Origin: an uncultured bacterium
GTDB lineage: Bacteria; Ratteibacteria; UBA8468; B48-G9; JAFGKM01
Length of the DNA: 30,394 nt
NCBI GenBank assembly: GCA_964650875.1
Contig: CAZYYF010000001.1
Coordinates: 2,037-32,430 of the forward strand
Direction: 5' to 3'
In this document: one piece after another, positions 18,218 to 29,319 of the stretch
How positions within the stretch are numbered: the first letter of the stretch is position 1
How the letters are laid out: every line of letters begins with the position of its first letter
Made by a program: the position numbers and the translations under genes
Notes under the pieces: generated by a model
The model's database searches: none
Told to the model about the DNA's origin: nothing
What the model saw: only the letters and a program-made list of their open reading frames with translations

Positions 18218-21200
18218 ATGCCAGGAACAAAAGATATTCACAAAATAATGATAATAGGTTCAGGCCCAATAATTATAGGACAGGCTTGCGAGTTTGACTA
18301 TTCAGGTTCGCAGGCATGCAAGGCTTTGGAAGAAGAAGGATATCAGGTGGTACTTGTCAATAGTAATCCTGCGACTATTATGACAGACCCTGATATGGCT
18401 GAACGTACATACCTTGAACCTCTTACTGTAGATATGCTTAAAAAGATAATAGAAAAAGAAAAACCTGATGCCATACTTCCTACTCTCGGAGGACAAACAG
18501 GATTGAATCTGGCAACATTTCTTTATAGAGACGGAATTCTTGAAAAGTACAATCTAAAGGTTATAGGAGCTGACATTAAGAGTATTGCTATTGCCGAGGA
18601 CCGTGAGATTTTCAAAAATACTATGTTAGAGATTGGTATAAAGGTTCCAGAAAGTGTACTTGCTTATGATTTGCAAGAAGGAATAAATGCAGCGAAGAAG
18701 ATTGGTTTTCCCTTGATCTTGAGACCTGCCTACACACTTGGAGGTACAGGAGGTTCTGTTGCTTATAATCTGGAAGAACTTGAAAAAAAACTTGAGTATG
18801 GCCTGGAAACAAGCCCTATCCATGAGGTCCTTGTAGAACAGTCTGTTTTAGGATGGAAGGAGATAGAATTTGAAGTTATGAGAGATTGCCGTGATAACGT
18901 CATCATAATAACATCTATGGAAAACGTTGACCCAATGGGTGTTCATACCGGAGATAGTATAGTTGTTGCCCCTGCACAAACACTTAGCAGAAAAGAATAC
19001 GAAAAACTAGTTGATTATTCCAAAAAAATTATAAGAACAATAGGGGTAGTTGGAGGTTCTAACATACAGTATGCTGTAAATCCTGAAAATGGTGAAGTTG
19101 TTATCATAGAAGTCAACCCGAGAGTCTCAAGAAGTTCGGCTCTTGCTTCGAAAGCTACAGGGTTCCCTATAGCCCGTATTGCTTCCAAACTTGCAGTTGG
19201 ATTCACCCTTGATGAGGTTACGAATCATCTGGTGGGAAATACAACCTGTTTTTATGAACCTACTGTTGATTACTGTGTTTTTAAAATACCAAGGTTTACT
19301 TTTGAAAAATTTCCGACGGCAGAAAAAACTATAGGCACTTCAATGAAAGCCGTAGGAGAATCTATGGCCATTGGTAGAAATTTCCGCGAAGCCTTGCAGA
19401 AAGGAATAAGGTCACTTGAAATAGGCAGGTATGGTCTTGGCTGTGATGGAAAAGATAGATGGAATACATCACACAAGTTTACTGAAGATGAAAAAGAACT
19501 GATAAAAAAGAGGATATCCATTCCAGATGATGAAAGACTTTTTTATGTCAGATACGGCCTTCTTGCTAATCTACCGATTGAAGAAATTCATAGTCTTTCG
19601 AACATAGATATGTGGTTTCTGCATAATATAAAGAAAATTGTAGATATGGAACAAAAACTTTATAAATATGGAGATATCAATAAATTGCCTGATACATTGC
19701 TCTATGAGGCAAAAAAAACAGGTTTTTCAGACCATCAGCTGGCGATACTTTTCAAAACAACAGAGAAAGCAGTTAGAGAAAAAAGAAAAGAAAAGAATAT
19801 TTTAAACGTTTTCAAGCTTGTAGATAGCACAGCAGGTGAATACAAAGCTGAAAAGCCATACTATTACTCTACATATGAAAAGTATGATGAAGGTAGATAT
19901 TCCCAAAAGAAGAAGGTTATCATATTAGGAGGAGGACCTAACAGGATAGGCCAGGGTATTGAGTTTGACTATTGTTGTGTCCATGCTTCTTTTGCTCTAC
20001 GTGAAGAAGGATATGAAAGCATTATGGTTAACTGTAATCCTGAAACTGTCAGTACCGATTATGACACCTCTGACAGATTGTATTTCGAACCTGTAACCGT
20101 TGAAGACGTGATGAATATCATAGACAAAGAAAAACCTGAAGGGGTAATACTACAGTTTGGAGGCCAGACACCTCTAAATCTTGCCATTTCCTTACAGAAC
20201 GAAGGTGTCAATATTCTTGGAACTAGCCCTCAAGCCATTGACATTGCAGAAGACAGAGAAAAATTCAGACAACTTCTTGAGAATCTCTCTATCAAACAGA
20301 CACAAAATGCGACAGCCATTTCGTTCAAACAGGCAGAGGCTATCGCTGCCCGTATAGGTTATCCAGTTCTTGTAAGACCTTCATACGTTCTTGGAGGCAG
20401 GGCAATGGAGATTGTCTATGACAGTAATTCTCTTAAATCTTTTATGCAGAAAGCAGTAGATATTTCTCCCGAACATCCTGTGCTGATAGATAAATTTCTT
20501 ACGGATGCAATAGAAGTGGATGTTGATGCTATCTGTGATGGAAAGATATGTGTTATAGGCGGAATTATGGAACATATAGAAGAAGCAGGGGTTCATTCCG
20601 GAGATAGCGCAATGGTACTGCCCCCTTATAGCCTGAGCAAAAGTGTTATATCCGAAATCGAAGAATCAACTAAAAAGATTGCCCTTGAACTCAACATAAG
20701 AGGGCTTCTGAATATACAGTACGCTGTAAAAAACAGTGATGTTTATATACTGGAAGTCAATCCCCGCGCCTCAAGAACAGTACCTTTTGTAAGCAAGGTT
20801 ATAAACGTTCCCCTCGCCAAACTTGCAACAAAGATAATGACCGGTAAGACACTTATACAGATCGGATTTACGCAAACAGTTAGTCCCAACTTCTTTGCAG
20901 TTAAAGAATCTGTTTTCCCCTTTACAAGATTTCAAGGCATAGATGCTACTTTGGGTCCTGAAATGAGATCTACAGGAGAAGTTATAGGTATTGACCGAAA
21001 TTTTGAGATGGCCTATGCGAAAAGTCAGATTGCAGCAGGGCAGAAACTGCCTATTGCAGGAACTGTTTTTATCAGCGTAAAAGATAAAGATAAGCCTGCT
21101 GTTGTTCCTATTGCAAAAGGCTTTCGTGAAATAGGATTTGAGATTTTTGCCAGTTCAGGCACAGGAAAATTTTTGTTTGAAAAGGGATTAGATGTCAAAA

Positions 21201-21478
21201 TAATACCTAAGGTTTATGAAGGAACAAGACCAAATATTGTTGATTATATGAAAAATAACAAAATTTCTCTCATAATCAACACTCCTTCTGGTAAAAAAAC
21301 ACAAAAGGATATCGTATCAATGAGGAGTATTGCAGTCAACAGAAATATTCCACTTATAACTACGATACCTGGTGCTAAATCTACGCTGGTTGCTATAAAA
21401 AAAATAAAGGAAGATGATATTAACGTTAAAAGTATCCAGGAGTACCATGCAGAATTAAAAATAAATAGGTGCGGATAA
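18218..21478 (+). CDS. carB: Carbamoyl-phosphate synthase large subunit
   Basis: [17 protein letters not shown], two ATP-grasp domains (GVHTGDS, GVHSGDS; [18 protein letters not shown]) and an MGS-like C-terminal domain. Confidence 0.98.
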   Translation: MPGTKDIHKIMIIGSGPIIIGQACEFDYSGSQACKALEEEGYQVVLVNSNPATIMTDPDMAERTYLEPLTVDMLKKIIEKEKPDAILPTLGGQTGLNLATFLYRDGILEKYNLKVIGADIKSIAIAEDREIFKNTMLEIGIKVPESVLAYDLQEGINAAKKIGFPLILRPAYTLGGTGGSVAYNLEELEKKLEYGLETSPIHEVLVEQSVLGWKEIEFEVMRDCRDNVIIITSMENVDPMGVHTGDSIVVAPAQTLSRKEYEKLVDYSKKIIRTIGVVGGSNIQYAVNPENGEVVIIEVNPRVSRSSALASKATGFPIARIASKLAVGFTLDEVTNHLVGNTTCFYEPTVDYCVFKIPRFTFEKFPTAEKTIGTSMKAVGESMAIGRNFREALQKGIRSLEIGRYGLGCDGKDRWNTSHKFTEDEKELIKKRISIPDDERLFYVRYGLLANLPIEEIHSLSNIDMWFLHNIKKIVDMEQKLYKYGDINKLPDTLLYEAKKTGFSDHQLAILFKTTEKAVREKRKEKNILNVFKLVDSTAGEYKAEKPYYYSTYEKYDEGRYSQKKKVIILGGGPNRIGQGIEFDYCCVHASFALREEGYESIMVNCNPETVSTDYDTSDRLYFEPVTVEDVMNIIDKEKPEGVILQFGGQTPLNLAISLQNEGVNILGTSPQAIDIAEDREKFRQLLENLSIKQTQNATAISFKQAEAIAARIGYPVLVRPSYVLGGRAMEIVYDSNSLKSFMQKAVDISPEHPVLIDKFLTDAIEVDVDAICDGKICVIGGIMEHIEEAGVHSGDSAMVLPPYSLSKSVISEIEESTKKIALELNIRGLLNIQYAVKNSDVYILEVNPRASRTVPFVSKVINVPLAKLATKIMTGKTLIQIGFTQTVSPNFFAVKESVFPFTRFQGIDATLGPEMRSTGEVIGIDRNFEMAYAKSQIAAGQKLPIAGTVFISVKDKDKPAVVPIAKGFREIGFEIFASSGTGKFLFEKGLDVKIIPKVYEGTRPNIVDYMKNNKISLIINTPSGKKTQKDIVSMRSIAVNRNIPLITTIPGAKSTLVAIKKIKEDDINVKSIQEYHAELKINRCG

Positions 21479-21530
21479 TGTTCTCATTTCGTTTATCTCT
21501 ACCTGAATTATTAATCTTCCTGGGTGGGGA

Positions 21531-22160
21531 GTGAAATTGACAGGAATCGTTAATTATGGAGTAGGCAATATATACAGTGTGGTTTCCGCAGTGAAAAAAT
21601 GCGGAGAAGAATCTTTTATCATTGAAAAACCATCTGATTTTTTAAAAGCGGATAAGATTATACTGCCAGGAGTTGGAGCCTTCGGTAAAGGTATACAACA
21701 CCTACAAGAATCTGGTATTAAGACCGCGCTTTTTGATATAATAAAAACAGGAAAGCCTTTCCTTGGAATATGTCTTGGGATGCAGATTCTGTTTTCTTAT
21801 AGTGAAGAAGGAGACTGCGAAGGATTAAATCTTATCAAAGGAAATGTTAGAAAGTTTGTTTTTCAACCGTTTCATAAGATGAAAGTCCCTCATATGGGTT
21901 GGAGTATTGTAAAAATAATAGAGCCAGGTAAAAAACTTTTTAATAATATACCAGATAATATGTGGTTCTACTTCGCCCATTCCTATTATGTGATACCTGA
22001 AGAATCAACAGTAATTGCCGCTACAACTAACTATGGTTATAGATTTGTTTCCGCAGTCAAGATGAACAATATAGTGGGGGTGCAGTTTCACCCTGAAAAA
22101 AGCGGGGATTGTGGATTAATATTTCTGAAGAACTTTCTGGAGGGAAGATGGCTACTGTAA
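21531..22160 (+). CDS. hisH: Imidazole glycerol phosphate synthase glutaminase subunit
   Basis: GTG start. [19 protein letters not shown] (Cys intact), VPHMGW, YFAHSY and QFHPEKS (His/Glu intact). Confidence 0.95.
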   Translation: MKLTGIVNYGVGNIYSVVSAVKKCGEESFIIEKPSDFLKADKIILPGVGAFGKGIQHLQESGIKTALFDIIKTGKPFLGICLGMQILFSYSEEGDCEGLNLIKGNVRKFVFQPFHKMKVPHMGWSIVKIIEPGKKLFNNIPDNMWFYFAHSYYVIPEESTVIAATTNYGYRFVSAVKMNNIVGVQFHPEKSGDCGLIFLKNFLEGRWLL

Positions 22161-22906
22161 GGATTATACCATGTCTTGATGTAAAAGAAGGTAGTGTAGT
22201 AAAGGGTATCCATTTTGAAAATCTCATACAGGCAGGAGACCCTGTCGAACAGGCGGCATTTTACAGTAAAGAAAAAGCGGATGAGATTGTCTTTCTTGAT
22301 ATAAGTGCAACCATAGAAGGCAGAAAAACAATGGTGGATGTTGTGAAAAAAGTTGCAAGCGCAGTTTTTATACCTCTTACTGTTGGTGGAGGTATTAACA
22401 GCATAGGTGATATAGAAGATCTTTTAAAAGCAGGTGCAGACAAAATTTCGATAAATACCGCCGCGGTCAAAAATCCTTCATTGATAAAAGAAAGTACAGA
22501 TAAATTTGGGAGCCAGTGTATTGTTATAGCAATAGATGGCAAAAAAGTCGGCCCCGAAAAATGGGAAGTGTATATTGAAAGTGGGAAGACTCCGACGGGA
22601 AAAGATGTTGTTGAATGGGCAAAAAAGGTTGAAAAACTTGGAGCAGGAGAAATTTTACTTACCAGTATAGATATGGATGGTACCCAGAAAGGATACGACA
22701 TTGAAATGACCAGATCTGTTTCTAAAAACATCAGCATACCTGTAATTGCTTCGGGAGGAGCAGGTACTCTTGACCATCTTTATAAAGTCATAAAAGAAGG
22801 TGGAGCTGACGCTATTCTTCTTGCTTCTCTTTTACATTTCAGGAAGTATACCATATCAGAAATAAAACAGTATTTGAAAGACAAAGGACTGGATGTCCGC
22901 CTATAA
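22148..22906 (+). CDS. hisF: Imidazole glycerol phosphate synthase cyclase subunit
   Basis: [38 protein letters not shown] and PVIASGGAG. Likely start is the ATG at 22148. Confidence 0.96.
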   Translation: MATVRIIPCLDVKEGSVVKGIHFENLIQAGDPVEQAAFYSKEKADEIVFLDISATIEGRKTMVDVVKKVASAVFIPLTVGGGINSIGDIEDLLKAGADKISINTAAVKNPSLIKESTDKFGSQCIVIAIDGKKVGPEKWEVYIESGKTPTGKDVVEWAKKVEKLGAGEILLTSIDMDGTQKGYDIEMTRSVSKNISIPVIASGGAGTLDHLYKVIKEGGADAILLASLLHFRKYTISEIKQYLKDKGLDVRL

Positions 22907-23032
22907 TAAACGTTTTTTGTATAAAAATCTTCCAGGAAAACCAATTAGAAATAAAAAATGTTCTTTTGTTTCGGTTCTCTTTCAAGTGAAGAAAATGGTT
23001 AAGGTGAGAAAAATATATGAGGATTTACCAAG

Positions 23033-24106
23033 ATGGATATACTTGTTCTGGATGATGGTTATAAAGGAAATTTCAATCAGTCATACGGCATAGCTACATC
23101 TTTTGCTTCCAGCCATATTCAAATATTAAGAGTATCCCTGAAAGGTCCCTCTTATAGATTATTTAGAAGGAAGGGTTTTTACCCTTTATATAGCAAAGTT
23201 CTTGCTATTATATGTAGTATAAAAACATGGTCTCTGGGTAAAAGGCTTCTGAAAATTTTCTGGGGTGGAACTGTGAAAATCCCTGAAAAAACAATAGATA
23301 TTGTAATATCCGCAGGGGCTACACTTGCACCTGTTAATCTTATACTGGCAAAAAATATAAAAAATGCTAAGTCCGTAAATATTATGGTACCATCACTATT
23401 ACCCTTAAAATCTTTTGATTTTCTTGTTGTTCCTTACCATGATTACCTGAGGATGAAAAAGAAAAAACTTAAAAACCTTATAGTGACACTTGGAGCGCCA
23501 AATTGTCTTACGGATGATTTTTTAAAACAAGAAAAAGAAAGGCTTTCAAAGGTTTTAAGGATAGATGGAAGTAAAAGAACACTTGGGGTTTTAATAGGCG
23601 GTGATGACCAGAATTATACGGTAAGCCTCAATTTTATACAAAAACTTATTGGTTTTCTTTTCAATGAGAAACAACAGTACAATTTCATTTTTACCACATC
23701 TAGAAGGACTTCTTTATCCGTTGTGAAGTATCTTCAGGAGTACATTAAAAAACAACCGTCGGTGATATATTCAGAGTTTCCCGACTATTCTGAAGTATCT
23801 TTCTATCCTGGCATATTGAGTTTATGCGACTTTATTTTAGTAACAGAAGACAGTATAAATATGATATCGGAAGCTGCAAGTATTGGTGTACCTGTAGTAG
23901 TATTAGGTGTAGAGCGGAAAAATCGCAAAAAACTCATTTTTGATTTTACTATTGCTAAACTTGTAGAAAAAGGTTATGCTGAATACATTACCGAAGAAGA
24001 ACTCAACACTCTGCATGCGACAATATCTCTTGCGAACAACCGTGTTTACAGAAAACTTAGAGAGTCGGAAAAATGTGCCCAAGAAATATCAAAGAATCTG
24101 ATGTAA
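23033..24106 (+). CDS. ELM1/GtrOC1 (DUF1022) family putative glycosyltransferase
   Basis: DIVISAG, VPYHD, LIGG, TSRRT and CDFILVTEDSINMISEAASIGVPV. GAGGA RBS. Confidence 0.8.
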   Translation: MDILVLDDGYKGNFNQSYGIATSFASSHIQILRVSLKGPSYRLFRRKGFYPLYSKVLAIICSIKTWSLGKRLLKIFWGGTVKIPEKTIDIVISAGATLAPVNLILAKNIKNAKSVNIMVPSLLPLKSFDFLVVPYHDYLRMKKKKLKNLIVTLGAPNCLTDDFLKQEKERLSKVLRIDGSKRTLGVLIGGDDQNYTVSLNFIQKLIGFLFNEKQQYNFIFTTSRRTSLSVVKYLQEYIKKQPSVIYSEFPDYSEVSFYPGILSLCDFILVTEDSINMISEAASIGVPVVVLGVERKNRKKLIFDFTIAKLVEKGYAEYITEEELNTLHATISLANNRVYRKLRESEKCAQEISKNLM

Positions 24107-25095
24107 AGAAAATTCTTATAATAGGAGGTAACAACCTGCCGGACAACCTTCTTTTAACCCCAGCAGTGAAAAGGATAAAAGAATCCTTCCCTAATGCGGA
24201 TATGGATATTATTGTAGGACATGAATCATCTGATTTTATTTTTGAAAATTCCCTCTTTTCCCAACATATGATTTACAATAAGGTAATAAACCTACTGGGA
24301 CTTATAAAGAAAGCCCGTCAGAAAAGGTATGATTTGATTGTGGCTTTCAGAAGTTTTTACCTTCCTTTTTTTCTAAGAGGAAAATTCAAGCTGTCATTTT
24401 TCTGGCAGGACTTGTTTTCAGAAAAAATATTCACACATGAAAGTGAACGGATGTTAAGTTTCCTTAAACCCTTTATCGGTATGCCGGAAGGCAAAACCAA
24501 TTTTTACTTTCCTGTTTCCAAAAAAAATAGGGAGACTGTTGAAGAGTATCTCAAGTCTGCTGGCATAAAAAATTCAGATACCCTAATTGTGGTAAGTCCC
24601 GGGTTTATATCATCCAGCAAAAGATTCAGCAATGTAATGTATGCCAGAGTTATCAAAGAGTTGATAAAAATATACGATGCAAAGGTAATTCTTACTGGAA
24701 CAACAAGAGATAAAGATATAGTTCAAGATATCATTGCTATGGTAAACAATAACAGCGTCTTTGATTTCACTGGTACTTTAAGATTAAAGGAATTAACAGC
24801 CCTTCTGGAAAAGACTGACCTGCTTATTACACAAGATCTTACTTCTATATACCTTGCATGCTCTGTACAATGTCCTATCATCGCAGTTTTTGGGCCAGGT
24901 AATTCCTATAGATACGGACCGCTTGGAACGAAAAATCTTGTTGTACATAGCAACTTAGACTGTTTTCCATGCAACATAAACGGGAGATGCAAAAATAACT
25001 ATGTATGTCTGGATAAAGTTACCCCAGAGCAGATTGCAAAATCAGCAATGCTCTTGCTTGATGAAAAAGAACAACCTTTTCTGTTTGATCTGTAA
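24073..25095 (+). CDS. Glycosyltransferase family 9 (LPS heptosyltransferase-like), divergent motifs
   Basis: KKILII...D.LL.TP...IK..FP.A start, FTGTLRLKELTALL, IAVFGP and a C-terminal CFPC...C...C. Confidence 0.8.
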   Translation: MCPRNIKESDVKKILIIGGNNLPDNLLLTPAVKRIKESFPNADMDIIVGHESSDFIFENSLFSQHMIYNKVINLLGLIKKARQKRYDLIVAFRSFYLPFFLRGKFKLSFFWQDLFSEKIFTHESERMLSFLKPFIGMPEGKTNFYFPVSKKNRETVEEYLKSAGIKNSDTLIVVSPGFISSSKRFSNVMYARVIKELIKIYDAKVILTGTTRDKDIVQDIIAMVNNNSVFDFTGTLRLKELTALLEKTDLLITQDLTSIYLACSVQCPIIAVFGPGNSYRYGPLGTKNLVVHSNLDCFPCNINGRCKNNYVCLDKVTPEQIAKSAMLLLDEKEQPFLFDL

Positions 25096-25098
25096 ACG

Positions 25099-26151
25099 AT
25101 GAAAATACTCAGGATTTTACCTGCAATGGATTTCGGGGGAATAGAAAGAGGAGTCAGGGACTTTTCCCTAAAAGCAGCAGAGATGGGGCATAATGTTGTT
25201 ATTGCCTCAGGTAATGGAAGGTTTATCGGTACTTTAAAAGAAAAAGGCATAAAATTCTATGATGTACCTATGGAAAAGAAGAGTATCTCTACCTTTTTTA
25301 AGTCCTTCCACAGGTTAAGTGAAATAATCGTAGAAGAAAACCCTGATATTCTACACGTACAGAGCCGTTTTCCCTGCTGGATAATGTATCATGTTATGAA
25401 AAACTTCCCGAATAGACCGTGGGTTACAAGCATACATAGTTTTAATAGATTCAGATTTTATAGTATGTCTGAGGGGAAAGGGGATCTTGTAATAGTAGTA
25501 AGCAAGGCATTAAAAAAACATGCTATAGAATATCTCAAGGTTTCTGAAGAAAAAATCCGGGTTGTTTACAATGGTATATCTACTGAATTCTGTGGTCTTA
25601 AAAAAAAACATAAAAATGTCATTTGTATAGGTATGATAGCCCGTTTCAGTTTATACAAGGGCCATTACTATTTTTTGCAGGCTATGAAACTCTTGAAAGA
25701 TAATACCTCTATAAATGCACTTATCGTGGGAAGTGGAAGCGCCTCTTATAGGAAAAAACTTGAGAAGTGGATATCAAACAACAGGTTGACAGAAAGAATA
25801 AAGATCGCTAATATAGATGGTAAAGAGGCCCTAAAAAATATTGATATTCTTGTTGTTCCTTCTTTTGAGCCTGAGGGTTTTGGAAGAACAGTTGTGGAGG
25901 CCCAGATGTCAATGACACCAGTTATAGGAACCAATATAGGGGCAATTCCTGAGCTTATTGAAGATGGTAAAACTGGATTTCTTGTTGAACCGAGAAATCC
26001 CCATCAGATAGTGGAAAAGATTAAATATATTATTCAACATCCTACAACAACAAAAGAAATTGTTCAAACTGCTTATAAAAACGCTCTTGACAATTTCACA
26101 GTAGAGATGATGGTGCAAAAAACCTTGCAGGTCTATCAAGAAATTCTTTAG
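25099..26151 (+). CDS. Glycosyltransferase family 4
   Basis: GGIERG, HVQSR, VVYNGI, IGMIARF, KGH, EGFGRTVVEA and GAIPELIEDGKTG. Confidence 0.9.
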   Translation: MKILRILPAMDFGGIERGVRDFSLKAAEMGHNVVIASGNGRFIGTLKEKGIKFYDVPMEKKSISTFFKSFHRLSEIIVEENPDILHVQSRFPCWIMYHVMKNFPNRPWVTSIHSFNRFRFYSMSEGKGDLVIVVSKALKKHAIEYLKVSEEKIRVVYNGISTEFCGLKKKHKNVICIGMIARFSLYKGHYYFLQAMKLLKDNTSINALIVGSGSASYRKKLEKWISNNRLTERIKIANIDGKEALKNIDILVVPSFEPEGFGRTVVEAQMSMTPVIGTNIGAIPELIEDGKTGFLVEPRNPHQIVEKIKYIIQHPTTTKEIVQTAYKNALDNFTVEMMVQKTLQVYQEIL

Positions 26152-26319
26152 AGTTTGGCATAAAAAGTTCTTATTTATTTCTTCTCTTCCTTTACGGTAG
26201 GGATAGAAAACAATAACATTATCTTGAACAAGGAACCAACAAGAAAAGGTAAAATCTGACAGACAAGAGGTAAGAAAGTAAGAGAGGCTTTTTTAAGTGA
26301 AAAAATAGGGAGAGGTAAA

Positions 26320-27852
26320 ATGGAAAGAGTAATAATTTTTGATACAACCTTAAGAGATGGTGAACAGTCGCCTGGGGCAAGTCTTACAAGTGAAGAAAAG
26401 ATAAAGATAGCCGAACAGCTTGAAAGACTTGGGGTTGATGTAATAGAAGCAGGTTTTCCCATTGCTTCAGAAGATGATGCAAAAGCCGTAAATCTTATAG
26501 GACAGAAAATAAAAACACCCATTATCTGTGCACTGGCAAGATGTATAGACAAAGATATTGAAGTGGCTCTTAAATCTCTTGAAAAAACTGCCAAGCCAAG
26601 GCTCCACATATTTCTTGCTACTTCTGAGATACACCGACAGTACAAGCTGAAAAAAGCCAAAGATGAGATAATAAAAATTGCTGTTGAAAAAGTCCGTTTT
26701 GCCAGAAAATATATAGACGATATAGAGTTTTCACCAGAAGATGCTTCACGGACAGAACCTGATTTTCTTCTTGATGTTGTAAAAGCAGTGGTGGCGGAAG
26801 GAGTAAAAACGGTAAATATCCCTGATACTGTAGGATATGCAGCACCTTTTGAATATGCTTCCTTGATAAAATTTCTGCGAGAAAATCTGCCAGCAGACGT
26901 TGTTATAAGCGTCCATTGCCATAATGACCTTGGATTGGCGGTGGCAAATTCCCTTGCAGCGATAACCAGTGGAGCAAGACAGGTAGAGTGTACAATAAAC
27001 GGTATAGGAGAGCGAGCAGGAAGTGCTGCCCTTGAAGAAATAGTTATGAATCTTATAGTCAAAAAAGCCTTTTACAATATGGAAACAGGTATAAACACAA
27101 AAGAGATTTTCAGAACAAGCAGGATGGTTTCTTCACTAACAGGCATTCCTATACAACCCAATAAGGCAATTATAGGGGAAAATGCCTTCAGACACGAATC
27201 GGGAATACACCAGGATGGAATTCTAAAACACAGAGAAACATATGAAATTATAAATTCAGAAACAATAGGAATACCTGCAAGTGAACTGGTGCTCGGTAAA
27301 CATTCAGGAAGGCACGCGTTAAAAGCAAGGATAGAGTCTCTCGGATTTAACCTTGAAGAATCAAAACTGGACGTGGTTTTTGATAAATTCAAAAAACTTG
27401 CCGATAAAAAGAAAGAGATAACAGACATAGACCTGATAGTATTAATAGAGGAAGAAGACGTTAAAACCCAGGAACCGACTTACATACTTGACTATTTCCA
27501 TATACTTTCAGGTTCTTCTACAATACCAAGTGCAACCGTAAGAATCAAAAAGGGAGATGAAGTCTATGAAGACGCTTCAAGGGGAGATGGCCCGGTAGAT
27601 GCTATCTACAAAGCTATAGATAGAATAACAGGCATAACGCCTGTGCTTAAAGAGTACAAGATAAATGCAATAACAGGAGGCAAAGACGCACAGGGTGAAG
27701 TAATAGTTGCTATAGAGATAGATTCTATCAGGGTAGCCGATAAAGGATACAGCACAGATATCATTGAAGCCAGTGCAAAAGCCTATATTAACGCCATCAA
27801 CCGTTACATTGTAAGGAAAAACATCACTAAAGCAAAATATGAAGGCACATAG
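26320..27852 (+). CDS. leuA: 2-isopropylmalate synthase with regulatory domain
   Basis: [46 protein letters not shown] and GDGPVDA. Heads the leu cluster. Confidence 0.95.
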   Translation: MERVIIFDTTLRDGEQSPGASLTSEEKIKIAEQLERLGVDVIEAGFPIASEDDAKAVNLIGQKIKTPIICALARCIDKDIEVALKSLEKTAKPRLHIFLATSEIHRQYKLKKAKDEIIKIAVEKVRFARKYIDDIEFSPEDASRTEPDFLLDVVKAVVAEGVKTVNIPDTVGYAAPFEYASLIKFLRENLPADVVISVHCHNDLGLAVANSLAAITSGARQVECTINGIGERAGSAALEEIVMNLIVKKAFYNMETGINTKEIFRTSRMVSSLTGIPIQPNKAIIGENAFRHESGIHQDGILKHRETYEIINSETIGIPASELVLGKHSGRHALKARIESLGFNLEESKLDVVFDKFKKLADKKKEITDIDLIVLIEEEDVKTQEPTYILDYFHILSGSSTIPSATVRIKKGDEVYEDASRGDGPVDAIYKAIDRITGITPVLKEYKINAITGGKDAQGEVIVAIEIDSIRVADKGYSTDIIEASAKAYINAINRYIVRKNITKAKYEGT

Positions 27853-27858
27853 GAATTT

Positions 27859-29127
27859 ATGGAGAAGAAAATGACTATAAGTGAGAAAATTATATCTGTA
27901 CACGCGGGAAAAGAATTTGTTGAGCCTGGAGAATTTGTTGAAAGCAGTGTTGACAGGATACTGGCTAATGATATTACGGCCCCGTTTGCCATTGAAGAAT
28001 TTCTTAAATCAGGAGTCAAAAAGGTATTTGATGCCAGCAAGATAGTACTTGTACCTGATCATTTTACCCCTTGTAAAGATATTAGAAGCGCTGAGACGGT
28101 GAAAACACTCAGGGAATTTGCAAGAATATACGGAGTGAGATTTTATGAGATTGGCAGGGTGGGAATTGAACATGCTCTTCTGCCAGAAGAAGGATTAACC
28201 ATGCCGTATGATTTAATTATCGGAGCAGATAGCCACACATGTACATATGGGGCTGTAGGGGCCTTTTCCACTGGCATGGGAAGCACCGACATTGCCTCTG
28301 CCATGATTACTGGTAGGGTATGGCTTAAGGTTCCATCCTCAATAAAATTCAACTACTACGGCAAAAGAAACAGATATGTAGGAGGAAAAGACCTCATTTT
28401 ATATACCATAGGTAAGATAGGAGTAAATGGAGCATCTTATAAATCAATGGAATTTACAGGTGAAATAATAAACAACCTACCTATGGATGACAGATTTACA
28501 ATATGCAACATGGCCATAGAAGCAGGGGCAAAAAACGGGATAATACCCCCTGACGATATTACAGAAAATTTCATAACACATATCTGTCCTGATGCTCAAA
28601 TCTGTTTTACGACAGATTATACCAAAGCAGACTATGAGAAGGTAATAGATATAGACGTTTCCAGAATAGAACCCCAGGTTGCTGCTCCTCATCTCCCAAG
28701 TAATACAAAAGATGTAAGGATGTATTCAGAGGTGAAGATTGACCAGGTAGTTATAGGTTCATGTACTAACGGTAGAATAAGTGACTTGAGAAAAGCTGCA
28801 GCCATATTAAATGGAGAGACTATAAACAGCAATATTCGCTGTATTATAATACCAGCAACCCCTATGATTTATAAACAGGCAATAAAAGAAGGACTGATAG
28901 ACATTTTTATCTCTGCTGGTTGCGTAATAAGTCCTCCGACATGCGGACCATGTCTTGGTGGACATATGGGAGTTCTCGGTAAAGATGAAGTTGCCATTGC
29001 TACTACAAACAGAAATTTTATAGGGAGAATGGGACATATTGAAAGCTATGTTTACCTTTCAGGACCAGAGGTCGCAGCAGCTTCTGCCATAAAAGGCAAG
29101 ATATGTCACCCGGAAGAAATTAAATAA
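27859..29127 (+). CDS. leuC: 3-isopropylmalate dehydratase large subunit (compact, homoaconitase-like type)
   Basis: DH, GADSHTCTYGA, GSCTNGR and CGPCLGGH (three Fe-S Cys), plus TTNRNF.GRMG. Confidence 0.95.
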   Translation: MEKKMTISEKIISVHAGKEFVEPGEFVESSVDRILANDITAPFAIEEFLKSGVKKVFDASKIVLVPDHFTPCKDIRSAETVKTLREFARIYGVRFYEIGRVGIEHALLPEEGLTMPYDLIIGADSHTCTYGAVGAFSTGMGSTDIASAMITGRVWLKVPSSIKFNYYGKRNRYVGGKDLILYTIGKIGVNGASYKSMEFTGEIINNLPMDDRFTICNMAIEAGAKNGIIPPDDITENFITHICPDAQICFTTDYTKADYEKVIDIDVSRIEPQVAAPHLPSNTKDVRMYSEVKIDQVVIGSCTNGRISDLRKAAAILNGETINSNIRCIIIPATPMIYKQAIKEGLIDIFISAGCVISPPTCGPCLGGHMGVLGKDEVAIATTNRNFIGRMGHIESYVYLSGPEVAAASAIKGKICHPEEIK

Positions 29128-29205
29128 AAAGGATAACTATAGACATCCACAATAAAAAATCTGACTAATTTCTCGGTTAACCCGTATATTGCCCTTTCCT
29201 CTTGC

Positions 29206-29319
29206 ATGACTGATTATGATAGAGAGAAGGAGAACAAAAACTACTGGATATTTACTAAATCTCATTGTAACCCGTTTTGGCATAAACAACCGGATGTGGA
29301 GGATATAAAATGGAAGTAA
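29206..29319 (+). other. Candidate small ORF (37 aa) between leuC and leuD, overlapping the leuD start
   Basis: MTDYDREKENKNYWIFTKSHCNPFWHKQPDVEDIKWK*. The frame is open from 29143. There is no RBS before the ATG at 29206. Confidence 0.25.

Noticed and set aside
22893-23093. 66-aa ORF spanning the hisF-ELM1 spacer
   Set aside because: Overlaps both neighbours and has no RBS or motif. The spacer is more likely a promoter region, though I found no consensus promoter.
26152-26319. 168-bp leader of leuA checked for a Leu-rich attenuator peptide or T-box
   Set aside because: No Leu-codon-rich mini-ORF, no T-box consensus and no GC-rich terminator stem; only purine and pyrimidine tracts.
26175-27062. 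295-aa minus-strand ORF antisense to leuA
   Set aside because: Shadow ORF with Ser/Ala/Phe-rich antisense composition, no motifs, and almost complete overlap with a well-conserved gene.
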